DNA of 64,000 bases from Eubacteriales bacterium (GCA_045653805.1 JAZOMF010000075.1:123200-187199), one strand, 5' to 3'; positions 29,051 through 39,695 are shown, numbered from the stretch's first letter. Made by a program: numbers and translations. The notes: a model not told the origin generated them from the letters alone.

Positions 29051-30157
29051 ATGACTGAAATCAAGATAGGAAAAAAGATTCGTTTACTGAGGAAAAACAA
29101 CGATATTACCCAGGATAAGCTGGCGGCATACCTCGGCGTTACCCCTCAGGCGGTTTCACGCTGGGAGTCAGAAATCTGCTATCCCGATATCGAAACTCTT
29201 CCCCAGATAGCCGACTTTTTCGGTGTTGGTATGGACGAGCTTCTCTGCTACGATAGCATTCAAAAAGAATCCAAGGTTAAGGAATATCTCAAGAAGGCAG
29301 AGATTTTAACCGAGAACGAGAGTCTCGGCGAGTGTCTGGCTCTTCTCCGTGAGGCTTATGCGGAGATCCCCTCCTCATTTGAAATCCAACTTGAGCTTGC
29401 AAAAACACTTTCGGCTATCTCTGCCGAAGGCAATCCCAAAAAGAACGATCTTATGGAGGCAGTATCTCTCTGCAATCATATTCTCGACTATTGCACAGAT
29501 GACGAGCTTCGCGACGATACAAAGAAAACTCTTTGTGACATCTACTCTCACCAGCTGGATAATGACCAGATGGCTCTCGACATCGCTGAAAAGCTCCACT
29601 CTATGGATTACAGTAAGGAGATAGTTAAGGCTACCGTTCTTACCGGTGAGATCGCTTTCAAGCAAGCACAGACTAATATTATGCAATTTGCCGACAACAT
29701 GTGGTGGCACATGTATAACATTGCCTGTGTTCCCGATATTTCCGAGGATCATTATACAGTTGATCAAAAGATCGAAATTATCGAGAGAAGTATCGCACTC
29801 TTCCAGGTTGTTTTTGACGGCAATTACCTCTACTACAACGACCGACTTGCAAACTCCTTCCGTCAGCTCGCAATGCTATATCTTTTAAAGGGCAACCGTA
29901 ATGCGGCGCTTGATTGTGTTGAAAAAATGGCGGAGCATGCAGTCGCATTCGATTCTCTTCCCGAGCTTTCAAGATATGAGTCTGTTCTGCTCAACACAGT
30001 TGACTACAAGATCGAAAAGCACGAGGACTTTGAGGGCGTGACCCTTTGCGATAAGCTTCTTCGCGGAAGATTTGCAAACCGCATCTGGTCTCCTATAAGA
30101 AACGACGAAAGATTCATCGCCGCTATCGAAACGATGTTAAAATTTTCACGTGCTTGA
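29051..30157 (+). CDS. XRE-family HTH regulator with long helical-repeat (TPR-like) C-terminal domain
   Basis: HTH block IRLLRKNNDITQDKLAAYLGVTPQAVSRWESE, followed by ~300 aa of all-helical repeats. Confidence 0.8.
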   Translation: MTEIKIGKKIRLLRKNNDITQDKLAAYLGVTPQAVSRWESEICYPDIETLPQIADFFGVGMDELLCYDSIQKESKVKEYLKKAEILTENESLGECLALLREAYAEIPSSFEIQLELAKTLSAISAEGNPKKNDLMEAVSLCNHILDYCTDDELRDDTKKTLCDIYSHQLDNDQMALDIAEKLHSMDYSKEIVKATVLTGEIAFKQAQTNIMQFADNMWWHMYNIACVPDISEDHYTVDQKIEIIERSIALFQVVFDGNYLYYNDRLANSFRQLAMLYLLKGNRNAALDCVEKMAEHAVAFDSLPELSRYESVLLNTVDYKIEKHEDFEGVTLCDKLLRGRFANRIWSPIRNDERFIAAIETMLKFSRA

Positions 30158-30164
30158 TTTGATT

Positions 30165-30629
30165 ATGAAAATTCCAACCGAAACACTTACAGAAAACACA
30201 TCAATGACCGAGAAAGTCGGCAAAGAGCTTGCAGCCATGCTGGTAAGCGATCCTAACCTTCCCCGTTTCGTTGCAATGTATGGAGACCTCGGCGTTGGCA
30301 AGACCTCCTTTACAAGAGGATTTTGCTCCGAACTTTGCCCTGCATCCGCGGTAAAATCTCCTACATTCGCATTGGTCAATGAATACAAATGCCCAAATCC
30401 TACGGGAGGCATTAAGAGAGTATATCATTTCGATATGTACCGCATAGTTGACGAGGATGATCTTTATTCTATCGGATTTTACGATTATCTCCGCCCCGAT
30501 GCCATCTGCATAGCCGAGTGGTGCGAAATGATCCCCTATGCCCTGCCCGATAGTTATATCAGGGTGGAAATTGGAAAGATCGACCTTTCCGATAAACGAA
30601 ATATAAAAGTCGAACTAATTGGAGCTTGA
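30165..30629 (+). CDS. tsaE: tRNA t6A37 biosynthesis ATPase TsaE
   Basis: P-loop MYGDLGVGKTSFTRG and block SPTFALVNEY. Start at the ATG at 30165; GTG at 30150 is also possible. Confidence 0.85.
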   Translation: MKIPTETLTENTSMTEKVGKELAAMLVSDPNLPRFVAMYGDLGVGKTSFTRGFCSELCPASAVKSPTFALVNEYKCPNPTGGIKRVYHFDMYRIVDEDDLYSIGFYDYLRPDAICIAEWCEMIPYALPDSYIRVEIGKIDLSDKRNIKVELIGA

Positions 30630-30636
30630 TCTTAAA

Positions 30637-31335
30637 ATGAAAATATTATCACTTGACACCTCGGCTGAGGTCTGCACCGCCGCACTTTGCGAGGATAGCA
30701 AGCTGATTGCCGAAACAACGGTAAACACGGGAAATACTCATTCCCAAACACTGCTCCCTGTTATCGAACAGCTTTTAAAGATAACCGAAACGTCTGTCAG
30801 CGAGATTGATTGCTTCGCTTGCAGCACAGGCCCCGGCTCCTTTACGGGAGTGAGAATTGGAGTATCTACAATAAAGGGCATGGCCTACGGCAAAAACAAG
30901 CCTTGCGTATCGGTCTCCACCTTGGAGGCTCTTGCATATAATCTGGTAGGATGTGACGGTATCATCTGTCCCGTTATGAATGCCCGAAGAAATCAGGTTT
31001 ATAACGCTCTTTTCGAGTGCAAAAACGGCGAGATAGTAAGACTCTGCCCCGACAGAGCTCTGTCGATCGACGAGCTTGACGAGGAGCTTTCAACAAATAC
31101 TTCCGCCATATACTTGGTTGGAGATGGATATGATATAACCGCGAGAGGATTCAAAAAGACCTCGATCTCCTACGTTCCCGAAAGACAGCGAGTGCAGAGC
31201 GCATATAGCGTTGCGCGTTGCGCGGCAAAAAAAATATCGGCAGGTGAAATCCTTACCGACGCGGAGCTTGTTCCCATCTATCTCCGTCCCTCTCAAGCAG
31301 AGCGAGAAAGAAACGAGCGTTTGGGAATACAGTAA
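30637..31335 (+). CDS. tsaB: tRNA t6A37 biosynthesis protein TsaB
   Basis: MKILSLDTSAEVCTAAL...GPGSFTGVRIG. Confidence 0.85.
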   Translation: MKILSLDTSAEVCTAALCEDSKLIAETTVNTGNTHSQTLLPVIEQLLKITETSVSEIDCFACSTGPGSFTGVRIGVSTIKGMAYGKNKPCVSVSTLEALAYNLVGCDGIICPVMNARRNQVYNALFECKNGEIVRLCPDRALSIDELDEELSTNTSAIYLVGDGYDITARGFKKTSISYVPERQRVQSAYSVARCAAKKISAGEILTDAELVPIYLRPSQAERERNERLGIQ

Positions 31336-31373
31336 AAATCAAACTGTAATAATTTAAATTGTGAGGATAAAAA

Positions 31374-31820
31374 ATGAAAAAAATAATTATTGGATGCGAT
31401 CACGGTGGATTTGAGCTTAAGAATGAGGTTATTGCTCATCTTGAAAAAAGAGGCATTGAGGTTACCGACGTTGGAACGTATTCCACCGATTCTTGCAACT
31501 ATCCTGACTATGCCCGTGCGGTTTGCAAAAGAATTCAAAGCGGCGAATTTGAGCGCGGAATTCTCGTTTGCGGAACCGGTATAGGTATTTCTATTGCAGC
31601 TAACAAGCACAACGGTATCCGTGCGGCTTGCTGCTCCGATACCTTCTCTGCAAGAATGACCAGAATGCACAATGATGCAAACGTGCTCTGCTTCGGCGGA
31701 CGCGTTGTAGGTGCAGGTCTTGCTTGCGATATGGTCGATCTCTTCGTTGACACCGAATTTGAGGGTGGCAGACATCAGGCAAGAGTAGACCTCCTCGCAG
31801 ATATTGAAAAGGACAACTGA
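31374..31820 (+). CDS. rpiB: Ribose-5-phosphate isomerase B
   Basis: IIIGCDHGGFELK...VCGTGIGISIAANK. Confidence 0.9.
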   Translation: MKKIIIGCDHGGFELKNEVIAHLEKRGIEVTDVGTYSTDSCNYPDYARAVCKRIQSGEFERGILVCGTGIGISIAANKHNGIRAACCSDTFSARMTRMHNDANVLCFGGRVVGAGLACDMVDLFVDTEFEGGRHQARVDLLADIEKDN

Positions 31821-31841
31821 TTTTAAGAAAGGCGGTTTAAG

Positions 31842-32651
31842 ATGTCGGAAAGACAGGATATACCCCACAAGATCGCCGAGGCGCTTCGCGCGATTGCGGG
31901 AAAAACCGAAAAGAAATATTTCACTTCAGCCATAATTCTCGCCGCAGGATCATCCTCTCGAATGGGAGCGGGCTTGACCAAGCAGTTTATTGAACTCGAC
32001 GGACTCCCCGTTGTAGCAAGAACACTGATACAGTTTAACCGTTCCTCTAACATCGATGAGATAATCGTTGTGGCAAAGGCTGACGAAATTCAAAATTATG
32101 ACGATTTTGCGAAACAATATAATATCACAAAGCCGTTCAAGGTGATAGAAGGCGGGGCTACCCGTCAGGAATCTGCCCGAAAAGGTGTAGATGCGGTTAG
32201 CGAAAAGTCTAAATTTATCGCTATTCACGACGCCGCAAGATGTCTTATTACCGATGAGCTTATTCACAACGTATGTCACGGAGCATATCTCCACGGCGGA
32301 GCAATATTGGCTATAAAGGCAGTGGATACGGTAAAGATAGGCACAAAAAGCCTCTTTATCGAAAGCACACCAGACAGAAGTATGACCTGGCAGGCTCAGA
32401 CTCCTCAAGTATTTAAGGTAAACGCCTTCCGTGCGGCAACATACGTTGCAAGAGACGAGGGATTTGAGGGTACTGACGACGCTTCCCTGCTTGAGCATAT
32501 AGGAATCCCCGTAAGACTTGTTGAGGGCTCCAAGGAAAATATCAAGGTCACCGAACCGATGGATATATACTTTGCTGAAGCTATTCTTCGTGCAAGGAAA
32601 GATTCATCTGCTAAAAAACAGGAAAACAACAGCGAGGTGAATGGAAAATGA
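31842..32651 (+). CDS. ispD: 2-C-methyl-D-erythritol 4-phosphate cytidylyltransferase
   Basis: [13 protein letters not shown]...IHDAARC. It has an N-terminal ~25-aa extension, so the true start could be internal. Confidence 0.88.
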   Translation: MSERQDIPHKIAEALRAIAGKTEKKYFTSAIILAAGSSSRMGAGLTKQFIELDGLPVVARTLIQFNRSSNIDEIIVVAKADEIQNYDDFAKQYNITKPFKVIEGGATRQESARKGVDAVSEKSKFIAIHDAARCLITDELIHNVCHGAYLHGGAILAIKAVDTVKIGTKSLFIESTPDRSMTWQAQTPQVFKVNAFRAATYVARDEGFEGTDDASLLEHIGIPVRLVEGSKENIKVTEPMDIYFAEAILRARKDSSAKKQENNSEVNGK

Positions 32652-33121
32652 GAATTGGTCACGGTTACGACGTTCACAGACTTGTTCCCGGCAGAAAATG
32701 CATTATCGGAGGAGTAGATATTCCCTATTCCAAGGGGCTTCTCGGTCATTCCGATGCAGACGTGCTTACCCACGCCATTATGGACGCTATCATAGGCGCT
32801 CTTTGCCTTGGTGACATCGGGCACCTTTTCCCTGATAATGACCCTGCATTTCTTGATGCAGATTCCCTTATTCTCTGCTCCCGCATCTGCGAGATCATGA
32901 AGAAAAAAGGCTATGAGATAGGCAACATTGACGCTACCATAATCGCTCAAGCCCCCAAAATGGCTCCTCACATTGAAAAAATGCGTGAAAATCTGGCGCG
33001 TGTGCTTGATACTGACGTATCCAATATCAGTGTAAAGGCAACAACCGAGGAAAAACTGGGATTTACAGGCGAGGGACTGGGTATATCGGCTCACGCCGTT
33101 TGTCTTTTGGCAAAAAAATAA
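32648..33121 (+). CDS. ispF: 2-C-methyl-D-erythritol 2,4-cyclodiphosphate synthase
   Basis: [12 protein letters not shown]...[11 protein letters not shown]. 4-nt overlap with ispD. Confidence 0.93.
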   Translation: MRIGHGYDVHRLVPGRKCIIGGVDIPYSKGLLGHSDADVLTHAIMDAIIGALCLGDIGHLFPDNDPAFLDADSLILCSRICEIMKKKGYEIGNIDATIIAQAPKMAPHIEKMRENLARVLDTDVSNISVKATTEEKLGFTGEGLGISAHAVCLLAKK

Positions 33122-33330
33122 TCCCAATAGGTGGGATCGCCGATAAACAACGATCCCTATATTATCGCCACGGCAAGGTCTGAAAGTACTCCCACATCCT
33201 TTTATATTCAACAAAGAAAAAGGCCTTTCCATAGGCGTTGCCTTACGACATAATATGCCATTTGGCAACTAAATTCTACATTTTTTAAAGTCAATTAAAA
33301 AACATCAATCAAACGAAAGGTAATTTAGCT

Positions 33331-34002
33331 ATGATATACATTGCTCCTTCTCTGCTTGCCGCTAACTATGCAAACCTTGAAGCAGACATCAAAAGAGTTG
33401 ATGACGGCGGCGCACAGTATCTCCATCTTGATATAATGGACGGCGCATTCGTTCCCAACATAAGCTTTGGTCCCGAACTTATTGCAGGAATTAGAAAGAC
33501 CACAGATATGATATTCGACGTGCATCTTATGATAAAGCGTCCCGAAAGATACATAGATAGATTCGTAAAAGCGGGAGCTGACATTATCACCGTGCATTAC
33601 GAGGCTTGTGAGAACCCCATGTCGGTTATTCACCTCATCCATTCTTACGAGATGAAGGCGGCTTTGGCTATCTCCCCCAAGACACCGGTTGAACATCTCT
33701 TTCCCTTTATCGGTCACATTGATATGGCTCTTATTATGACGGTTGAACCCGGATTTGGCGGTCAGTCTCTTATTCCCGAGACCCTTGAAAAGGTTTCGGT
33801 ACTCCGCAAATACGTTTCCGAGAGAGGCATAAAACTTGACATTGAGGTTGACGGCGGTATCAATGCAGATAATGTTGGACTCCTCACAAGCGCGGGTGCT
33901 AACGTGATCGTTGCAGGCTCTGCTATCTTCAAGGCAAAGAAGCCCAAGCAGGTCATCCAGGATATGAAGGACGCGGCAGTTAAAAATCCCTTTATAGGAT
34001 AA
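33331..34002 (+). CDS. rpe: Ribulose-phosphate 3-epimerase
   Basis: IAPSLLAANYANL, LHLDIMDG and MTVEPGFGGQ. Confidence 0.92.
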   Translation: MIYIAPSLLAANYANLEADIKRVDDGGAQYLHLDIMDGAFVPNISFGPELIAGIRKTTDMIFDVHLMIKRPERYIDRFVKAGADIITVHYEACENPMSVIHLIHSYEMKAALAISPKTPVEHLFPFIGHIDMALIMTVEPGFGGQSLIPETLEKVSVLRKYVSERGIKLDIEVDGGINADNVGLLTSAGANVIVAGSAIFKAKKPKQVIQDMKDAAVKNPFIG

Positions 34003-34088
34003 TTTTATAAAATAAAACAAAAAAGCGGTGCAAAAATGAAATGAACATCAAACAGTTCGTTTCAAAAACACCGCTTTTTATGATATAA

Positions 34089-35435
34089 TCAGTTAATAAC
34101 AAGCATAGTTCTATTCAAAAGTTTCGCCATGTCACCTCTGGTAATAGCCGAATTTACACAAGCCTTCATATCGGGAAGCTCAAGAATGCCCAATGTGTGC
34201 AAGGATTCTATAGCAGTTTCCGACCAAGCGGGTATCTCATTGGCATCAGCAAACACAGGGGACACCTTCGGCTTTGCATATCCGATCATATTGCTGACGA
34301 TAACCGCTGCCTCGGATAATTTTATAGTTTCATTTGGATCAAAATAAAGCGCTCCGTCCACATTTTTTCCGCTAATATATCCTTTTGAATAAGCTAATGC
34401 GATATATCCCTTCATTTCTTTACTTATTTCCCTATCGTCAGCAAACACGGTGGTACTTACCTCGGGCACATTCTTTATTCCAACCGCATTCATAGCTGTA
34501 ACGAGAAACTCTGCACGAGTTACCTCTCTATCTGCTTCGAAATAGAAATAATCACCCACTTGGATACCATTCATAAGACCATTCTCAGTCATAGCGATAG
34601 CATGGGCATAAAGACCATCTCCCAAAAGATCACTGTATACAGTAGATATCGCAGGGGCAGAAATTGTTATATTAACCTCTTTTGCCTCACTGTAATTTCC
34701 GTATTTATCATATACAACGTAGGTAAAGCTGTCTGTACCGGTATAGGCTTCGCCGGGCACATAGGTATAAGTACCCATACTTTCATTTTCAAGAAAAGCT
34801 CTGCCATTTTCGGGATATTTCACTATCTCGAAAACCATTTCATCTCCTTCGGGATCGTATGCTGACAGCACACCACAGGCAGTCACGTCACGATACGTTT
34901 CGCAAATAAGACTTGCCGCAGGAGTAAGAGACAGTGTGGGCGAATAGTTGATATCTTCAATCATATTGATACTACAGCATATCTCATAAGTGCTATCGTT
35001 GACCTTAAAATTAAAGGATGAGCTCTTGCCAAGCCCATTACCCGCTTCCTCGTAGGTCATGAGAGCAATATCCGATGCCTTTATCTTCTGCCCTACCGAA
35101 ACTCCCTCACTTCCGATATAAAGTCCGCCACAAGCAGTGCTTGGAAGCTCGGTTACAGTTATGGAATCCACTCGTGACAAATTAAGGGCGCAAGCAAAAC
35201 GTTCTGCGGAAAAATTAAGTGCATTTCCTGTGATTCCCGTGATTATCATTCCCTTTTGACTCGCAATAACGTCCAATCCATAGGAAATCCTATTGTCTTC
35301 AACCTTTTCTGCATTGTTCGGATTTGTCAGGCTATGTAATACCGAGCCCTCCGAAGCGGATACAGATACCGTGGCAATTCCCAAAATCATCCCCACAGAT
35401 AACAACATAGCGCATATCAGCTTTATGCTTCTCAT
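34089..35435 (-). CDS. Secreted cell-wall protein: cadherin-like/Ig-like domain plus three C-terminal SLH domains
   Basis: Signal peptide. Block DPEGDEMVFEIVKYPENGRAFL...GTDSFTYVVYDKYGN. SLH-type repeats (VTRAEFLVTAMN; FADDREI...GYISG; FADANEIPAWS...ITRGDMAKLL). Confidence 0.75.
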   Translation of the reverse strand: MRSIKLICAMLLSVGMILGIATVSVSASEGSVLHSLTNPNNAEKVEDNRISYGLDVIASQKGMIITGITGNALNFSAERFACALNLSRVDSITVTELPSTACGGLYIGSEGVSVGQKIKASDIALMTYEEAGNGLGKSSSFNFKVNDSTYEICCSINMIEDINYSPTLSLTPAASLICETYRDVTACGVLSAYDPEGDEMVFEIVKYPENGRAFLENESMGTYTYVPGEAYTGTDSFTYVVYDKYGNYSEAKEVNITISAPAISTVYSDLLGDGLYAHAIAMTENGLMNGIQVGDYFYFEADREVTRAEFLVTAMNAVGIKNVPEVSTTVFADDREISKEMKGYIALAYSKGYISGKNVDGALYFDPNETIKLSEAAVIVSNMIGYAKPKVSPVFADANEIPAWSETAIESLHTLGILELPDMKACVNSAITRGDMAKLLNRTMLVIN

Positions 35436-35582
35436 AAATCAACCTCCATAATAATTCTTTGTTCAATTATATTTTAGATTGTTCCGCCATATTACAAATA
35501 TTTTTATTGATTTCACAAAATCTTCTTATATTCATAAACAAAAGATGGTATAATAATTTATACTCTAAATTCAAGGTGGATT

Positions 35583-36530
35583 ATGACTTTCACAATTACC
35601 AAGGATCATGCCGGCAAAACGGTTTTGTCCTTTTTACGTTCAAAGTTGAAAATATCATCATCGGCACTTGCCGATCTCAAACGAGACCCTATGGGAATAT
35701 GCGCAAACGGAGTACACGTAACCGTCAGATACATATTAAAGGAAGGCGACTCTTTGTCTGTCAACGAGATAGATCTACCCGAGGATGGCAACGAAGCTAT
35801 ACTTCTCGTCAATATACCTTTGAACGTTATCTTTGAAAATGATGATATTCTGCTCATTGATAAGCCTCCTCATATGCCTACACATCCCTCCCACGGACAT
35901 TTTGACGATACACTTGCCAACGCGGTGGCATACAAATACAAAGAGAAAGGAATCCCCTTTGTATTTCGTCCCATTGGAAGACTTGACCGAAATACCAGCG
36001 GTATCTCCCTCGTAGCAAAGCACTCTATCGCGGCATCATTTATGTATTACGCAAGACAAAAGGAGCTTATAAGCAAAAAGTATCTTGCCATTCTCTGTGG
36101 ACGCGTTGAAAGTGACGGAGATTTTCATACCATTGAAACCTACATGAAGCGTCAGGAGCAAAGCATAATCGTAAGATGTGTAAGCAAATCGGACGAGGAA
36201 GGCGCGTTTTCCGCCGTAACAAAATGGAGATTGCTTTACACAAATGGAGATATAAGTGTGGTCGAGGCTATTCCCATAACCGGAAGAACTCATCAGCTAC
36301 GCGTTCATTTTGCACATATGGGTCATCCCATTTTAGGTGACGACGTTTATGGCAAGGAATCAGATATTATCAACAGGCATGCTCTTCATGCCGCGCTCCT
36401 ATCTCTCCCCATCCCTTATGATGACGGTACTCAAGATTTTATTTCTGTTCCACCAGCTGATATGATCGAGGCGGCGAGATATTATGGATGCGATCTTGAA
36501 AAAGTATTCGAAAGTTGTTTCAACAAATAA
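35583..36530 (+). CDS. RluA-family pseudouridine synthase with S4-like N-terminus
   Basis: Catalytic GRLDRNTSGISL and RTHQLRVH. Confidence 0.88.
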   Translation: MTFTITKDHAGKTVLSFLRSKLKISSSALADLKRDPMGICANGVHVTVRYILKEGDSLSVNEIDLPEDGNEAILLVNIPLNVIFENDDILLIDKPPHMPTHPSHGHFDDTLANAVAYKYKEKGIPFVFRPIGRLDRNTSGISLVAKHSIAASFMYYARQKELISKKYLAILCGRVESDGDFHTIETYMKRQEQSIIVRCVSKSDEEGAFSAVTKWRLLYTNGDISVVEAIPITGRTHQLRVHFAHMGHPILGDDVYGKESDIINRHALHAALLSLPIPYDDGTQDFISVPPADMIEAARYYGCDLEKVFESCFNK

Positions 36531-36546
36531 AACAAAAGGAATTAAT

Positions 36547-37758
36547 ATGTGCAAACAAAAAAACAAAGCAAAAGCAGAAAAAACAGAAGAAATTTACGAG
36601 ATTTCCTCCGAAGAATATGCTATCCTTGAAGAAGATGAGCGCGATCAATGGTCTCCTGTAAAGGCAAAATACGAAAAAATTCCAAAAGTCTGCTTTGTAA
36701 CCTTTGGTATTGCCGCTATTTGCGGAATAATTTATATAATAGCATTGTTTAATGCAGACTTTGCAGATTTTATCAATCTTTATCCCGGAACTGCGGTAAG
36801 ATTCATTCTCGCCAAGCTCAGCGGAATACTCCCATTCTCATTAGCAGAGGCAGTAATTCTGCTCATACCGTTTATATGCTTTATCGGAATATGGTATCTG
36901 ACTAAATTCAGATGCGATACCCGAAGATCATCCATAGTCTCGATAGTTTGCATTCTTTCGGTAAGCGCTATGCTGCTATCATCATTTGTACTTTGTCTCG
37001 GAATAGGATATAAGGGAAATCCCCTCGAAGATAAGCTGGGACTTGTGGCAGAACCCGTAGAGGTCACAGAACTTTCCGACTCCACAAAGCACCTTATAGA
37101 TAAGATCAACGAGCTCACTCCTCAAATAATGTTTGGAGAAGACGGATTTTCTATAATGCCATATAGTTTTGAAGAAATGAACGAAAAACTGCTCGATGCC
37201 TATGATGACTTTGACGATAATCACGATTTTCTTATTAGCTTTAACAGCAGATTAAAGCCCGTGTTGATAAGCGAGGCTATGTCCTATGCTCATATCGCAG
37301 GAGTGTATACCTTCTTTACGGGAGAATCAAACATAAATATGAATCTTCCTGATTACACTATTCCTTACACCGCCGCACACGAGCTGGCTCATCAGCGCGG
37401 TGTCTCACGTGAGGATGAAGCAAATATGATAGCATTTTTGGTTTGTATCAGATCCAACGATCCTTACATTCAATATAGTGCCTACCTTAACATGTACGAA
37501 TATGTAGCAGCCGCACTCCAGAAGGCTGATCGTGATGAATACAATTTGATTTCCCGAAAGCTTGATCTATCAGTATATAACGAGCTGCTAGCTTACTCGG
37601 AATTTTTCAAAAAATACAAAAAGTCCGTCACCAGCCAAGTTTCAGGCACGGTAAACGATGTGTTTCTCAAGGTCCAAGGAACCGAGGGGCGCGCCAGCTA
37701 TGGAATGGTAGTAGACCTAACGGTAGCATATTTCAAGAGTGAAAATATCATAGATTGA
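36547..37758 (+). CDS. DUF3810-family membrane protein (zincin-like HExxH)
   Basis: Start at MCKQKNK (RBS AAAGGA). TM helices, then AAHELAHQRG. Confidence 0.75.
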   Translation: MCKQKNKAKAEKTEEIYEISSEEYAILEEDERDQWSPVKAKYEKIPKVCFVTFGIAAICGIIYIIALFNADFADFINLYPGTAVRFILAKLSGILPFSLAEAVILLIPFICFIGIWYLTKFRCDTRRSSIVSIVCILSVSAMLLSSFVLCLGIGYKGNPLEDKLGLVAEPVEVTELSDSTKHLIDKINELTPQIMFGEDGFSIMPYSFEEMNEKLLDAYDDFDDNHDFLISFNSRLKPVLISEAMSYAHIAGVYTFFTGESNINMNLPDYTIPYTAAHELAHQRGVSREDEANMIAFLVCIRSNDPYIQYSAYLNMYEYVAAALQKADRDEYNLISRKLDLSVYNELLAYSEFFKKYKKSVTSQVSGTVNDVFLKVQGTEGRASYGMVVDLTVAYFKSENIID

Positions 37759-37788
37759 TTCCTCTCACAAACTTAATATTCACCAAAA

Positions 37789-37828
37789 AGCATTTTGCGG
37801 AATATACTGTCCGTAAGATGCTTTTTTT
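37789..37828 (+). terminator. Intrinsic terminator after the DUF3810 gene
   Basis: 12-bp stem AGCATTTTGCGG/CCGTAAGATGCT (two G-U pairs) followed by TTTTTTT. Confidence 0.7.
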
Positions 37829-38118
37829 GTGTAAAAAATGCAATTTGATTATCGAATACTTATTCATTTTTATGTCGTGGTAAATTACATTAGTGTAATA
37901 ACGACATTATTTTTGAATACAATTCGATTTTTATTCGTATTTTATTTAAATTTTATTGTTTTGTTCTTTTTTTATTCTCATTTTCTGCTATTTTACAACA
38001 TATATAGAACATTTGCTCTTGTAGGCGTTTTAAAAATGTCGTCTTTATACGCGCGAATTATTTACATTTTTTTGGAAATTTAAATTGTAAACAAATTATT
38101 AAATATGCATAAAACCTA

Positions 38119-38147
38119 TTTACTTTTATGCACTTTTGTGATATAAT
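38119..38147 (+). promoter_or_regulatory. Extended -10 sigma-A promoter giving murA a ~150-nt leader
   Basis: TTTACT, 17 nt spacer, TG-A-TATAAT. Confidence 0.5.
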
Positions 38148-38300
38148 ATAAACATACCGCTCAAAGAAGCAAATCAACAAAAATCTCTAAAATTCGACTG
38201 AAAAAAGCACCGATTCGACAGCGAAAAAAACGAGAAAACGAGATGCGCAGAGAGAACAAAAAACACACCGTCAGAAAGGCGGAAATCACGGAGGCTAATC

Positions 38301-39590
38301 ATGGAACAGATCATTATCAACGGCGGCAAGACCCTTAACGGTAACGTTTCTATTTGCGGCGCAAAGAACGCTGCTCTTCCCATCATCTGCGCTTGTATTC
38401 TCAACGAGGAGAGCTGTATCATCGACAACATCCCTCCCGTTAGCGACATCGAGACCCTTCTCGACCTTCTCGCTTCCATGGGTGCAAACATAAACAGACT
38501 CACCAAGAACTCGGTGGAGATCAACTGCAAGAACCTTGTTCCCTGCACCTCCTCCGTTGAGATGGCTTCTAAGATCAGAGGCTCCTCTTACCTCCTCGGT
38601 GCCGAGTTCGGTCGTTTCAGAAAGTCCAGTGTTCCCCACCCCGGTGGATGCAGTATCGGCTCTCGTCCTCTCGACCTTCACATGAAGGCTTTCGAGGCTC
38701 TCGGTGCTAACTGTTGCCACAAGAACGGCAGAGTTGAAGTTGAGTCTGACGAGATTGTTGGTAACAACATTTATTTCGATAAGGTATCCGTTGGCGCAAC
38801 CGCTAACGCTATACTCGCTTCCGTTTACGCAGAAGGCACTACCGTTATCGAGAACGCAGCTCGCGAGCCCCACATCGTTGACCTCGCAGTATTCCTCAAC
38901 TCCTGCGGCGCTAACATTTCAGGCGCGGGTACTTCCGTAATCAAGGTAAAGGGTGTTGAAAAGCTTCACGGTTGCCGTTACTCCATCATCCCCGACATGA
39001 TCGAGGCTGGAACTTTCATGGCAGCAGTTGGTGCGACCGGTGGAAGAGTTACTGTTAGAAATATCATCCCCAAGCACATGGAAGCGATCTCCGCAAAGCT
39101 TGAAGAGGCAGGCGCTACCGTTATCGTTGGCGATGACTACATAACCGTTGAAAGCTATGGCAAGCTCAAGGGTATCAGCATAAACACTCAGCCTTATCCC
39201 GGATTCGCAACTGATATGCAGCCCCAGTTCTCTGCTATGCTCTGCTTCGCAGAGGGTGCTTCCGACGTAGTTGAAAACATCTTCAACAGCAGATTCCAGT
39301 TTATGGATGAGCTTGCAAAGATGGGCGCAGACGTTAAGGTTGACGGTAATCACGCAGTTATCCGCGGCGGCGCAGAGCTCTCCGGCGCTCCCCTTTTCTG
39401 CCACGACCTCAGAGCAGGTGCGGCTATGGTAATCGCGGCTCTCGCAACCAAGGGCACTTCAACTCTTGAGGGTATCGATAAGATCGAGCGTGGATATTAC
39501 AATATCGTAGGCAAGCTCCGCGAGCTTGGCGCAGACATTCAAAAAAAAGTCAGCGTTCAGGACGAGCAGAGATATACCGCAGCATATTAA
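38301..39590 (+). CDS. murA: UDP-N-acetylglucosamine 1-carboxyvinyltransferase
   Basis: INGGKTLNGNVSICGAKNAALPI and active-site Cys in HPGGCSIGSRPLDLH. Confidence 0.95.
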   Translation: MEQIIINGGKTLNGNVSICGAKNAALPIICACILNEESCIIDNIPPVSDIETLLDLLASMGANINRLTKNSVEINCKNLVPCTSSVEMASKIRGSSYLLGAEFGRFRKSSVPHPGGCSIGSRPLDLHMKAFEALGANCCHKNGRVEVESDEIVGNNIYFDKVSVGATANAILASVYAEGTTVIENAAREPHIVDLAVFLNSCGANISGAGTSVIKVKGVEKLHGCRYSIIPDMIEAGTFMAAVGATGGRVTVRNIIPKHMEAISAKLEEAGATVIVGDDYITVESYGKLKGISINTQPYPGFATDMQPQFSAMLCFAEGASDVVENIFNSRFQFMDELAKMGADVKVDGNHAVIRGGAELSGAPLFCHDLRAGAAMVIAALATKGTSTLEGIDKIERGYYNIVGKLRELGADIQKKVSVQDEQRYTAAY

Positions 39591-39607
39591 TTTGAAAGAG
39601 GCTTAAA

Positions 39608-39688
39608 ATGAAAAAAGTATTATTTGACAGTTTCTACATATTCATTGAAACCTTTAAAAATACTAAAAAACGCAAATCAAGACATTAA
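39608..39688 (+). CDS. Candidate 26-aa basic micro-protein
   Basis: RBS AAAGAGG, 6 nt, ATG. Translation MKKVLFDSFYIFIETFKNTKKRKSRH. It sits between the murA stop and the terminator. Confidence 0.35.
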   Translation: MKKVLFDSFYIFIETFKNTKKRKSRH

Positions 39689-39695
39689 AAAACAT

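Noticed and set aside
37838-38083. An 81-aa ORF in the AT-rich spacer upstream of murA.
   Set aside because: Its composition (F/L/I/Y/N) simply mirrors T-rich DNA. It has no RBS and no motif. I treated it as non-coding spacer.
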